Translations under genes and position numbers: made by a program
Shown here: positions 33,705 through 45,808 of the stretch, piece by piece
Position numbering within the stretch: the stretch's first letter is position 1
Layout of the letters: each line of letters starts with the position of its first letter
NCBI RefSeq assembly: GCF_009834535.1
Contig: NC_045705.1
Location: 70,680,001 to 70,744,000 of the forward strand
Direction: 5' to 3'
Source: Camelus ferus
Taxonomy: Eukaryota
DNA length: 64,000 bases
Notes under the pieces: model-generated
Database searches by the model: none
What the model was told of the DNA's origin: nothing
What the model saw: the letters and a program-made list of their open reading frames with translations, nothing else

Positions 33705-33822
33705 TTTTTAAATTGGGTAATTGGTTTTATTTACTTATTTATTTTTTAATGGAGGGTCTAGGGACTGAACCCAGGACCACACGCATGCTAGGCATGCGCT
33801 CTACTGCTGAGCTCCACCCTGC
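33705..33822 (-). mobile_element. tRNA-Ala-derived SINE (vic-1-like)
   Basis: Reverse complement agggtggagctcagcagtagagcgcatgcctagcatgcgtgtggtcctgggttcagtccc with tail aaataagtaaataaaaccaattacc. Confidence 0.9.
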
Positions 33823-34799
33823 CTGCTGTTCATGCCTTTGGTGTGTGTCTGCTGTTCCACTGTACAGGCCCCCACACGAGCCATGCATGTGCAGGAACCC
33901 TGCTCGTCTCTGTGAGCGTCGCTGCGGCCCATGCGGACCTGCAAGTGGAGAGCATTTCCCTTCTGTCCGCAGCCCCAGGGCTTCTATATCCTCTCCTGAG
34001 CTCTCACGCGGCCCCCACGGACACTGAGCACTCCTGGATGGTGCTGGGTGAGTGCTCCTCCTGGTGTTGGGCGCCCCCAGGCGCTCCTGGCCCGTCTCTC
34101 CCTGCGGGCGCGCTTGCAGTGGCCCTGCGGCCCCAGCTCGCTGGCAGTTTCCAGGCAAGCTGTGAATTTCAGGCTGCGTGGGGCCCCTTGTTGGCTTTGT
34201 CGCTGCGGGAGGGGCGCTCTTCCAGCCTCTGCATCCAGAGCAGAAGCTGGAGTCTCCTCTCACCTCTGCTTCCCGAGGAGCTTCACAAGCACCTCCCATG
34301 CAGAGTCCGCCGTGTCCTCCTGAGGGGTCCGCACCTACCATCAGCCCTTTGGACAAATGGAGCAGCCAGGGACCCAGGGGGCGGATGCCTAGCCCCAGAC
34401 ACCCTGTTAGGTTGGGGTCAAGACAAGCCCAGGACGCATTCTCTGCTTGGAGGTGCCGGAACTGCCTGGGGCCCGTCCTGAGGGGGCAGGTTGGGGTGGT
34501 TTGGGGTCTGGAGCTTCTCTGCTTCTTGGATGTTCCCTGGCCTGGTTCCCTCCTAGGGTCACCTCTCACGCCTATTCCTGGGAGCCTCTGATGCCACCTG
34601 GGGTGCACATCCCCAAGGCCCATCCCTGGAAGCAGGCAGACTGGGGTATTGAGTTTGATGTATGGGGCCTTTCTGACCTGTATGGGGCCTGGGAGTCAGT
34701 CAGGTCAGCAGGTTGGGTCAGGTTTCTGATCCTCCTTGGAGCAGGTGCTCCCTCCACGTGACGCTCCAGGCTGTCACCCCTGCAGGTGTCCTGGCTCAG

Positions 34800-36135
34800 G
34801 AGCCTCCGTGACCGGGGTCAGCTCTCCCTTTAAGTTTGATATTGTCTCCTGGTGGAGGCATCTCCCCTCCGGGAACCAGGACCTGTAGACCAACAGCCTA
34901 AAGCTGCTGGGTATGGAATCACAAACCTGCTTCTCTCTCCACTCAGAAGGGACCAGCAGGTACAGCGCTCGGAGCTCTGCCTACTGGGAAGGTCTCCCTC
35001 CCGAACTGCTGCTCAGACTCAACCATCACGGCCACCGGGGAGGGGGCCATTGCATGCAGTCCCCTGGGCTGCTGTTCACACACCTTGCTGAGCTCTCCAG
35101 GAACCAAACTCAGGCTTTCCTCCCCATCACGGCATCTCAGGGGAGCTCCCCAGAAGACGGGGGTACCGCCTGAACGCAGCATCAGCAGGTGACATGGCGG
35201 CTGGACTCCTTGTTGAGGTAACTTTCCTGTGCCCTCCACTTGGACCCAGTTCCAGACTCCGTCCTCATTTCCTGATGGACTGTGGCTGGGCTGGCCTGAT
35301 CTAGGTCTGACAGATCCCAGCTCAGGATGGGCGTTTATCGCCATTGTGGTCACTTGACATCTGTGGTTGGCCACTCTGTCTCTGCTGAGGTCCAGGAGCA
35401 TGCCAGGGGCCTCTTTCTAAATGGTACCATTCCCTGCACGGCCCTGCTCCGGAACGCTAGGGGTCTGTGCTGTGTCTCACCTGTGGCTTTTGCTGGGAGC
35501 TCTGCCAAACTCTCCACTGCAAACACCCCAGCACCATGGACTTGGCCAGATTTTATGGTAAAAATCACCCAAGGTATTAGACCCCCGGGAATCTTTGTAG
35601 AGCATCTCTCCCATCTTCAGGGTTCACGTGTCTTCCTTGGGGTGTCCAGAGGGCACGCCTCTTCTTGTTCATCACATCCAATTAACACAACGTCATCAGG
35701 ACAGCAAACTGAGGTGGTTTCTGTGGAACGTCCAGGGGTCCTCTTCCCTTTGGATCACATGGTGACAGAGCGCAGGAGAGTTAACATATTCCTGCTGCGA
35801 GACCACAAACGTCTGCTGCTGCCCATCCCGTGTGAGTGCACACGGCCTCTGAGACTCTTACCTGATGGGTATTGAGAAGAATCCTTTCACCGCATCCATG
35901 TGTACTTGCCACACCCCTGAGGCTCTGCTCACCTCACCTGGTGAGGGTCCCACGTCTGGTCTGGCGGCAGCACTTGGAGCTCCTGGCGTATCTGGTGAGG
36001 TCTCAGGTGTCTGCCGTCACCCACCACGATTCAGCCAGGCCGTGCACGCAGTGAGCAGGGGTATGATGGGGATGGTACCCGGGCGTACTTTAATCTTTGA
36101 AGGTAGCATTAATCTCTGCCACTTCCCCTGGGAAA
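34800..36135 (-). mobile_element. Second ERVL pol fragment (RT-RNase H), antisense
   Basis: Minus ORF GETQHRPLAFRSRA...PFRKRPLACSWTSAETE resembles GESQRRPLGFWSKA...FEKQLLACYWALVETE; degenerate YIDD region reads CPDDVVLIG at about 35670-35710. Confidence 0.85.
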
Positions 36136-39100
36136 TTATATTTTTATAGCTTTATTGCAATACGATTGACATATAATAGACTGCACATATTTGAAGTGTA
36201 GAGTTTGATAAGTTTTGACACACGTGTGTAGTGGTGAAATCATCGCCACCATCCAAAGAGCAGGTACTCATCTCCCCTACGGTTTCTTTATGCCTTTTGT
36301 AACCGCCTTCTCTTGCCCCCTCCTCAGACCTTAGAAAACGATACTGAAATGCTCACTTTTTCCCCTAATTTTTCAAAGTGTAGCTGATGTACAATATGTG
36401 TCCATTTTTTTCTTTTATGAAGTGTGCCTTTGGTGTCCAACACCAAAGCATAGTCTTTTGGCGCCTAACCCAAGGTCACAAAGCTTTTCTCCTTTGTTTT
36501 CTTCTAGCAGTTTCATAGCTTTAGGTTCTATATTAGGTCCCTAATTCATTTTGAGTTAATTTTGGTCGACAGTGTGAGGTATGGATCAAAGCGCTTTCTT
36601 TTTCACATGTGTGCACGTGGCTACCCAGTCGCTCCGGCACTATTTGTTGAAAACACTACGCTTTCCGCACCTCTGTCAAAAACAGCTGTCCTCACAGGCG
36701 TGGGTTTGCTTACTGACTCTCTGATCTGCTCCACTGCTTTATTCCTCTGTCCTCAGGCCAGCCCCACCCTGTCTTGACTATTGTAGCTTTTACAATCAGT
36801 CTTGAAATCCGTTGGTGTTCGTCTTCCAAGTTTGTGGTTCTTTTTCAAAGATATTTTGGCTCTTGTCAGTCCTTTGAGTTTCCATATGAATTGAAAAATC
36901 AACTTGTCAGTGCCTACCAAAAGGTTGCTGGGGTGCTGGCTGAGGTTACGTTAAATCTGAGAGGTTTTACCAGATTTACCAGGAATGGATAATGGATATT
37001 GTTAAATACCTTTTCAGAGTGTAGAGAGATGATAATTTTTTTTTTTTAGTGTGTTACTAGGGAAAATTACATTCATTGATTTTCACCTGTTAAACCAAAC
37101 TTGCGTTCCCGAGCCCCACTTGGTCATGATGTATTGCTTTTTTATATAATTTACCAGGGCTGTGCTCATCTCACAGCGTGAGCTGGGAAGTACTTCTTCC
37201 TCTTCGATTTTCAGGAAGACTTTGTATAGAATTGGGATCATTTCTTTAAACGTTTGGTAGGATTCACCAGTGGAATCACCTGTGCCTGCAATTTTCCTGC
37301 AGAATAGAATTTTTATTACAAGTCAGATTTAAAGAAACATAGGGACAGTCAGGTTGTCTACTTTTCCTAGTACAAGCTTTGTGTCTTTCAAGGGATTTGT
37401 CCGTTTCTCCTAAGCTGTTAAATGTCTCGTCGTGAAGCTGTTCACAGCAGTCCTTTCTTGGCTCTCTGTAGAATCTGTCATGTCTCTTCCTTCCTGAAGT
37501 TGCCAATGTTTGTTCTTCTCTCTTTTTTCTCCTGATTAATATGGCTACAAGTTTATCAATTTTGTTTATCTCAAACAACAAGCTTTTTGTTTGATTGATT
37601 TCCCCCTACTTTTTTCGTTGATTTACGCTGAGTTTTATTATTTCCCTCTTTTTGCTTACTGTGGATTCAATTTGATTTCTAATTTAATTTTCTTTGCAGT
37701 CAGAAAACATACTTTGTACGACTTGCATCCTTTTGAATCTGTTGAGGCTCAATTTATGGCCCGTAACATGGTCTATGTTGGTAAGTGCCTCCAGTGCCCT
37801 TGAAACGCTTACCCTGGTGCTGCCAGGTGGTGGGCTCTAGTCATGCCAGTGGAGTCAGGGTGGTAAATCGTTTCGCTCAAGTCTTTTATATCCTTACCTG
37901 TTTTCTGTGCACTTCTGTCTATTATTGAAAGGGGGGCACTGACTCTCCTACCATGACATGAACTTATCTGCCTGTCCTTGTAATTTGGTCAGTTTTGCTT
38001 CGTTTGTTTGAAGCTCTGTTATTAGGTGCATGAGCATTGAGGACCGCTATAGTCTCTTGAAGGACTGACCCTTTAATTATTACAAAATGACCTTCTTTAT
38101 CTCTGATAATATCCCTTACTCTTAGATTACTTCCCTAACATTAACACAGGCATTCCAGCTTTCTTTTGATTAGTGGCAGTTTGGCTCATACTTTTCCATT
38201 CTTTTTACTTTTAACTTATTTGAGTCTTTATGCATGAAAAATGCATTTTGAGGGTGGGCAGCATATAGTTGGGTCTTGCCTTTTTATTTAATCCAACAAT
38301 CCCTTCCTGTTAATATGGGTGTTTAGACCATTTATATTTAATGGGATTGTTGATATGCTTGGATTTAAATTCATCATCTTACAACTTGTTTTCTATTTGT
38401 TCCATCTGTTTTTCCTTTGATTTGAGTGTTTTTCATAAAATTATTTTATTTTATTTGTTGGCTTATTATCTATAGTCACCTGTTTTGCTATTCTGTGGCT
38501 GTTCCAGGATACCTGGTATATATATTTATCTTCTTAAAGTCCGTCTTCAGGTGATACTGGACCACATCGCATATAGTATAAGAAACGCACAACAGCATGT
38601 TTCCGTTCTCTCGCTCCTCAGCTTTACACAGCTGTTGCCAAACATCTCACGTTTACACGCTATCAATCCCACACCATACAGTTATTAATTTCATTTAAGT
38701 AGTCAAACTTTAAATAAAAGTTTTATTCTGGAATAGTTTTAGATTTTCAGAAAAATTTCAGAGTCAATACTGAGTTCTCATACATTCCACACTCAGCTCC
38801 CCCGTTCTTAGCGTCTTGAGTTATTCTGGTACATCCATCACAACTACAATCGTTTGAAAGACGTTTAAATAATAAGAAAAGCACATATTGATTTACTGCA
38901 GTTATCATTTTTGTGCTCTTTGTCACTTTGAGTAGGTCCATGTTTTTAATTGTTATCACTTCCCTTCCGTCTGAAGAATTTCCTTTAACATTTTTTGTAG
39001 TGAAGTTCTGCTGGAAGTTAATTTTTGTAGCTTTTGTGTGTCTGAGCATGTCTTTATTTCACTTTCATTTTGGAAAGGCATTTTCATTGGATATGGAATT

Positions 39101-39409
39101 CCAAGTTGACAGTGTCTTTTTCTTTCAGTCCTTTAACAATGCTGTTCCTCTGTTTTACCTCTTGCATTATTTCTGATAAGAAATCACTGCCACTCTAATC
39201 TTCTTTCCTCTGTACATAATGTGCCTTTTCTCCTCAGGTAGATTGTAAGATTTTTCTTTACAACTGATTTTGAGAAATTTGACTGTGATCTGCTTTGGTG
39301 TCATTTTCTTAGTCATTCTTGTGCTGGGTTCATTAAGATTCTTGAATCTATGGGTTTACAAGTTCTCTCAAATTTGGAAATTTGGGGCCATTATTCTTGT
39401 TCTAACAAA

Positions 39410-40430
39410 CTTTTAAATTATAGATTGGATTTACAGAATTATTGTGAACAGAGAGTTCGGAGAGAGGTCAGAGAGCCCTGGCACATCCTACATCCAGCTT
39501 TCCCTATCACTAGCATCTTACATTTGGTATGTACACTTGTCATAATGAATGAACCGACCTTGATACATTATTGTTAACTAAAGTCTATATGTTTTTCAGA
39601 TTTTCGCTGTTTCCCCCAATGTCCTGTTCCTGTCCCAGGTCACCACATCACATCTAGTCGTGATGTCTCCTCTGCTTCTTTTGGTTGTGACAGTCTCTGA
39701 CCTTGCTTCCTTTTGACGACCTTGAGACTCCTGAGGTGCACCGGTCGGGTATTTTTTAGAATGTTCCTCAGTTTGGACTTTGTCTGATGGTTTTCTCATG
39801 ATTAGACGGGGGGTATGGATTTGGTGGGGCAGGGAGATCACAGAGGTGGATGTCCTTCCCATCACGCCCTGTCAGGGGTACATGGTCTCAACGCGGTTTG
39901 TCACGGTTGACATTAACCTTGATCACCTGGCTTGGGATAGTGTTTGTCAGATTTCTCCAGTGTGGAGTTGCTGTTTTTCCCTCCCTTTTAATAACACACT
40001 CTTTGAAGGAAGTCACTATGTGCAGCCCACCTTGAGGGGTGAGGAATGCCTCATAATCGTAAAGCTGGAATAGCTATATAAAATATTTGAAATTCTTCTG
40101 CAAGGGAGATTTGCCTATTATCCCCTGTTCATTTGTTTATTCAGTCATTGACTTTTATCAGTTTGGACAGATGGATGATTATTTTATCATGTGCACTATA
40201 GTACAACATGACTTTATGTAATTTTTTGCTCAAATGTTTCCAGCTTTGGCCATTGGGACCTCTTTTAATTGGCTCTCATGTCCTTTTGGCAGACCCCCAT
40301 CCATGTTGGCTTTCCTGTTTTAAGTACTTTCTTACTTTCTGACACTATAAGATGCTCCAGGATCACCTTATATATTTCCTGGATCAGTCCTAGCATCAGC
40401 CATCTTTCTAAGGTTCCTTTTATTGGAGAA
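39410..40430 (-). mobile_element. L1MC-like 3' UTR nested within the L1 block
   Basis: gatacattattgttaactaaagtc...ttaaccttgatcacctggct...ggaagtcactatgtgcagcccac are recalled L1MC 3' end motifs. Confidence 0.75.
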
Positions 40431-41530
40431 TGATGTTATTGGTAGATTTCTGCACGTTCTTTATCAAATTGAGGAAGTTATTCTCTATACCTAATTTGCT
40501 GTGGGTTTTTGTCGTGAGTGAGTGTTGGATGTTGTTAAAGGCATTTTTTTTTTGGCATCCCTTGATAATCATCATATGAATTTTTTTTTCTTTAGTCTGT
40601 CGATCCATTAGTCGATTGAATTTTTAAAATGCTGAACCAGCCTTACATACTTGGAATAAATCCACTTGGTTGTGGTGTGTAGTTCTTTTTACACATTATT
40701 GGATGTGATTTGCTAATTTTGAGAATTTTTTTGCATCGATACTCATAGTTTTCCTTTCTTGTAATGCCTTTATCTGTCTGTTTGGTTTTTGAATGTGAGT
40801 GTAATGCTCACCTCGTAGGAAGTTAGGAAATGTTGCCTTTGCTCTGATTTGGGGAGAAGAGATTGTGGTGAATTGGTCTATTTTGGTGACTGTCTCATGA
40901 GAGTTTGAGACGCGTTGTCTCCACGGGTGTCTTGCTTCTGCTGGATGGGGAATTCTGAACGTCGGTTAGATCAAGCGGATCGATCATCCTGCCCAGGTTC
41001 ACTTTACCCTCAGTGATTTTTCTGGTCGCTCTTCCTGTTACTGACAAGGGGCCTCAGCTGGAACCGTCCTTGTCTGCCCGTCCCGGAAGCGCTCAGCTCC
41101 CCCGTGCGGACGCTCCGCTGCCAAGGCTCATGTGCATGAGATTGCTGGGTGTTCTCGGAGTGGTGATCTCTTCCTCACTCTGTAGCGCCTTACTTTTCCT
41201 TTGGCCATTTTCCTCATTCTGAAGTCTGATTTGTCTGAAATTAATATAACTTTTTTTTGATCAGGGTTAGCATAGTATGTCTCCCCTCATTTCTTTACTT
41301 CTAACCTATCAGAATCTTCATGTTTGAGGCAGGTTGCTTACAGACGATGTATAGTTAGGTCTTTTCTTTCTTTAACCCACTTGCACAACCTGTCTTTCAT
41401 TTGGCACATTTAGATCATTCACATTTGAAGTGACTATTGATGCATTTGGATGAACAGGATTCATATTTGAGGACTGTTCTGTCCTTTGCCAGGGTCTGTC
41501 TTCTCTGATCTTACTTTTTGGGGGCGGGGG

Positions 41531-41641
41531 AGGGAGGTAATTAGGTTTACTTTTTTATTTATTTTGAGGAGGTCCTGGGGATTGAACCCAGGGCCTCATG
41601 AGTGCTAAGCATGCGCTCTACCACTTGAACTATATCCTCCC
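41531..41641 (-). mobile_element. tRNA-Ala-derived SINE (vic-1-like)
   Basis: Reverse complement gggaggatatagttcaagtggtagagcgcatgcttagcactcatgaggccctgggttcaatcccc with tail aataaataaaaaagtaaacctaattacctccc. Confidence 0.92.
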
Positions 41642-43879
41642 GCCTGCCTTCTCTGATTTTAACTGAGTGTTTTGTGTGAGTCCATTTTATCTCCTCTCCT
41701 AGCTTATCAGTTGTACTTAAAAAATTGTTTTCATCATTGCCCAGAGTTTACAATGTACATCTTAACTAATCCAAGTCCGTCTTCAAGAAACACCACTCCG
41801 CTTCACGAGCAGCGCAGGGGCCTTGTAACGAGCAGCCCTAATTCCTCCTTCCGTCCCTGGGACACTCGGGCCATTTTCCCCACTTGCCTAAGAGCTCTCA
41901 GCACCTGGGGCAGTCTTACTTTATGACTTCCAACAAACGGTTACCCTTTAGAACAGTTAAGAGTAAGAAACCCATAATGTATCCGTGTTACCTTTATGTA
42001 TTCTTCCCCGATGCCCTTTTTTTTAATACAGAGTCATGTTTCTGACCTATAATCTTCCTTCTGTCTGGAGAAAATATTTCCACGTTTCCTGCAGGGCAGA
42101 AATGCTGCTGGCAGTGAGTGCCTTCCACTCTGTCCGAGAAAGCCTTCGTTTTCCTTCCACTTTTGAAGGATAGTTTCACTGCAGATGTACATTCTCCCAA
42201 CGTGGTCTTGCTTGCATGGTTTCTGCTGAGTGGTCCCTTGCATTCTGACTCAGTCCTCTCTAGGGAGCGGGCTTCCCCCCCTCTTGCTTCTTCAGGACTC
42301 CTATTGTCTTGGGTTTTCTGCACTTGGGTGCTGCCTCGTTCTGCTTTGTGCTTGTCCCTCCAGCTTTCCAGGCGGCACTGCTCTGTGGCTTGGTGCCTGC
42401 CATTCATTTCGGAGAATTCTCGGTCTGCAGATATTTTTTTCTGCTCCATTCCCTCGCTTCTCTGTCTATTCCAGTTCCACATGTGTTATATTTTTGAAAT
42501 TTGTCCCACCAGCTCTTAGATATTCAGTTCTGTTTTTTTTTTTTCCTTTTAATTCCTTCTTTTTTCTTTTCTCATTAGGGAAGGGCCTCCTGGATTAATC
42601 GCCAAGCTCACTGACTCTTTCCTTAGCTCTGTTCAGTCTTGAGGAGCCCATCAAAGGCATTCTTCATGTCTGCAATTTTTTAAAGCATTTCATTTTGACT
42701 TTTTTCTTAGAATTTTCATTTCTGCCCACAGTACTATCTGTTCTTCCATGTTGTCTACTTTTTCCCTTAGAGCTTTCAGCATGTTTGCCCTAGTTATTTT
42801 AAATCCTCTATCCCTGTCTGATTTATCTGATAATTCCAGCATCTTGTATTGCATCTGACGCTCGCTTTGTCTCTTCAGACTCTGCTTTTGCCTTTGGGCT
42901 TGTAAGGAAGGAGTTTTTGTTGAGAGCCAGATATGCTGTGTCATCGAGTGCAGGAACTGAAGACACGAGGTGAGGGTCTGTGTGGCTCTGCGTGGGGGCT
43001 GGGCTGTGTTTAGTGTTTGCCGAGCTGTAGGTGCCAGCAAAGGGTCCTTGTTTTGTCTCCTCCACTAGTTTTGGGCCCCCCGAAGTCTTCCTCCTCAGAG
43101 GCAGTCTCCATCTTGGGCTCCCGGGGGCTGTCCGCTGCTGCCTTATGGTCGTCCGGTGCTGTGGGGTAAGGTGTGGGAGGCGGAGGTGCTCCATAGCCCC
43201 CGCTCACATTTCAGTCTTCCTGCCGCCCTGTGCCCCGGGCCACGACCTTTCCAGGGCTTTCCCAGCATGTCCTTGGGGGACACAGGGAGGCTGGGGGGCC
43301 GGTGCTGGGGAAACGCCCCTCCCAGGTACGGCATGGCTCTGGCTGAGTCCTTCCTGGGAGAACCCGCCTCTGTCTTGGAGGCGGCTCTGGGTGTGTTTCT
43401 CAGTGGTCGCTCTTCATCCTCCCCCCATCGGAGAGAAGAACGTATCTTTCTGGGCTCTTCCCCAGGAGAATCTGGCAGAGCCCGGTGGGAGTTTGGGGGC
43501 TTCAGACTGTGTCCCCAGGAGAGTCTCCCTCTCCCCATCGCCCACGCTCAGCCTTCAGCGGTTGGTCGACATGACCACGTGAGTGTTCCTGCCTGTGTCT
43601 GGCTCCTGGCCTCTGCCCCAGGGAGGCAGGTCTCAGGTGTGACTCACCGGATCTGCCGTCTCTCCTGACTTCAGGGAGACGGTTTGCCTTGTGACCTCAG
43701 GCCTTTGATGGATCCGAGAAAAGTTAATGATTTTTCCTTGGGGAAGGACAGGCGCTCTTTCTGCGTTGGCGCTGAGAACAGAAATGCATTGTGCTTTCAA
43801 AGATGCCTCCTCCTCACCCCCAAGGGGACTCTGCTCCGCGTGCTGCCCCGCAGCCCCTGCTGCTCTTCCCAGGGGTTAC

Positions 43880-44848
43880 AGCTCTTTTCTTCTCTTCCCT
43901 CTGGACTGTCCTCTCCTGGTGGGCCCCCAGCGCTCCCGTCCAGCGCGCGCTCACCTCAGACGCGGCCGCGTGGACACCCAGACTTCCCACGGGCGCCGCC
44001 GGCTCGGCGCGCGCGCCTGCGCGGGGCGCGGTCACCGCCACCGACCGGCGCGGTCTTGCCGCCCTGCTGCTGGCCGCGGCAGCCGGCGCCCTCCGACGGG
44101 CGGCCTGCGCCTGGCGCCTCGCGCGCCCCGAGCCGAGCCGCCGCCACGCGGGGGCGGGGGCCGGGCCTGGCTGAGCGCCGGCTAGCTCTGCCCGCCTGGG
44201 GCGTCTGCGCTTCATTCCGGGGTGCAGTTCGGTTACTTTGGAACAGTTCGTCCTTTTCAGGTGCTGCTTTCACGATGTGTGAGGCAGGCCTGGATTACTG
44301 TCCTCTCGGGGGTTAATTACTTCCCCACTGAGGAGACAAGACCCTTTACCTGACGCCCGCTGTATCGTGAGGCTCTAGGGCCCGGCTGGTGGGAGCCGGC
44401 ACTGTCCCTGCTCTGAGTGGACAGTGGGGCCTCGTGCCCCGGTCCCCCCCAGGTGGCTCTTTCCCCATCCTCGGGCTGTGTCCCTCCGGCGTGCGCCGGT
44501 TTGTTCTCCACTGTATGTTTGAGGGGCCCCTCTGCAGGGTTCTTTTCTCCCCCCTGCAAACACTAGCCATCTGGGTCTCCCCAGACCCCAGCTCCATCTT
44601 CCTGACTCAGGGCCCTGCCTGGTCCCCCAGTGCTGTGGCCTGGACACTCTGTCTCAAGGCAATGAGCAGGGCGGGGTACAGGGTCACCTTATCTGTTCCT
44701 CATCTCTTGGGGATCACTGTCCTTCGATGCCTGGTGTCCAGCACCTTGAAAACCACTGTTTCATACATTTTGCTCATTTAGGGACTTATTTTTTGACGTG
44801 AGAAGGGAAACTTAGTTCTGTTTCTCCATTTTGGCCAGAAGTGGGTAA
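43880..44848 (-). mobile_element. L1ME-like ORF1/5' UTR remnant
   Basis: Colinear with 4250-5215, e.g. gaggcaggcctgg vs taggcaggactgg and gatcactgtccttcgatgcctggtgtccag vs gccactggtctttgttgcctgctgtccag; same 5' terminus ttttggccagaagtgg. Confidence 0.8.
43925..44225. promoter_or_regulatory. Small orphan CpG island embedded in L1ME
   Basis: About 300 bp of extremely CpG-dense sequence with a GC box (ggggcggggg, about 44151) and an NRF1-like gcgcctgcgc (about 44013); no gene adjacent. Confidence 0.8.
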
Positions 44849-45423
44849 AGGCCCTCTTGGCTTTGGGGCAGGGGGAGGGACGGTTTGGGGACCCCGCTGG
44901 CTATTGCCTGCCACGAAAGGTCAAGGAGGCCACGTGTGGGCCCGCTGCTACCAAGCAGGTCCATGGTGATTATTCAGTGGGAACAGCCCATGGGCACACG
45001 TCATCGCGGCAGTGAGCTAGGGGTCCTGGCAGGGTGTGAGACAGATGTGGGCAGCCAGTCGTTACCTGCCCCTCCTGCTGCTTCTCTAATGGGGTGGGGG
45101 GGCTTCAGCCTCAGTGAGAATGTGGACCCCGCGTGCAGCAGCCCTGCAGAGACCGGGCACCTCTGACCTAGCGCCTGTAGGTTCCTGCGGGGAAGGACCG
45201 AGGGGCGCACCTTGGATGCACTTGTCGTGCTGTGGGTCCTCCCGCGGGGACCCAGCTTCTCCTCCTGCTGATGCCTCGGTCAGAAACCGGCTCAGTCTGG
45301 GAACGGGGCGGGGTCCTGACTCTCTGGGGAGGCTTCCTCTCGGGGCTGTGTCTAGTGGTCTGCCCACCTCACCTCCTCTTGGACCCCATGGGTCAGGCCC
45401 CTGTGCCGTTTCAGCTTTGCTGC

Positions 45424-45808
45424 CTGTACGAGTTGCTTGGGCCATTGGAACAAAGTGCCCCAAATGGGGCGGCTTGAACAGCAGTCAGTGTAGTGTCCCC
45501 CGTCCTGGAGGCTGGAATCCCAGGTCCGGGCACGGGCGGGGCCGGCTCCTCCCGGGGCCTCTCCCCTCAGCGTGGAGACGGCTGTCTTCTCCCCGCGTCC
45601 TCACGTGGTGTCCCTCTGCGTGTGTCTGTGCCCTGATCTCCTCTTCTTGTAAGGACACCAGGCACATTGAATTAGGACCCACCCAAGTGAACTCATTTTA
45701 CCTTAATCCTCTCTTTAAAGGCCTTGTCTCCCAATGCAGTCACGTGCTGAGGCGCAGGGCTCAGGGCCTCAGGTGGGAATTTTGGGGGCACAGTTCGGCC
45801 CCCTTGAC
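45424..45808 (-). mobile_element. MLT1B-like solo LTR
   Basis: Same motifs as the 26183-26573 copy (cctgatctcctcttcttgtaaggacaccaggc). Confidence 0.9.

Larger units (their letters stand above)
36140..43790 (-). mobile_element. Stacked LINE-1 block (3' ends, ORF2, ORF1, 5' UTR), mostly L1MB/L1MC-like
   Basis: LFEINKIDKLVA (37276-37581), NAFNNIQHS...LGIENNFLNLIK (40420-40608), AVKLSFKSGRKTKAFSD (41994-42482), MLELSD...FKIT..NMLKALREKVDNMEEQ (42690-43040, ORF1); 5' terminus motif ggtttgccttgtgacctc...gatggatccgagaa near 43680-43730. Confidence 0.88.

Noticed and set aside
33739-34623. 294-aa minus-strand ORF
   Set aside because: Low-complexity Pro/Gly/Arg/Ala composition and runs through a SINE; chance ORF.
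44916-44923. Perfect NBRE (AAAGGTCA, NR4A2 site) as a TH enhancer
   Set aside because: A single 8-mer is expected about twice by chance on both strands of 64 kb, and there is no supporting cluster.
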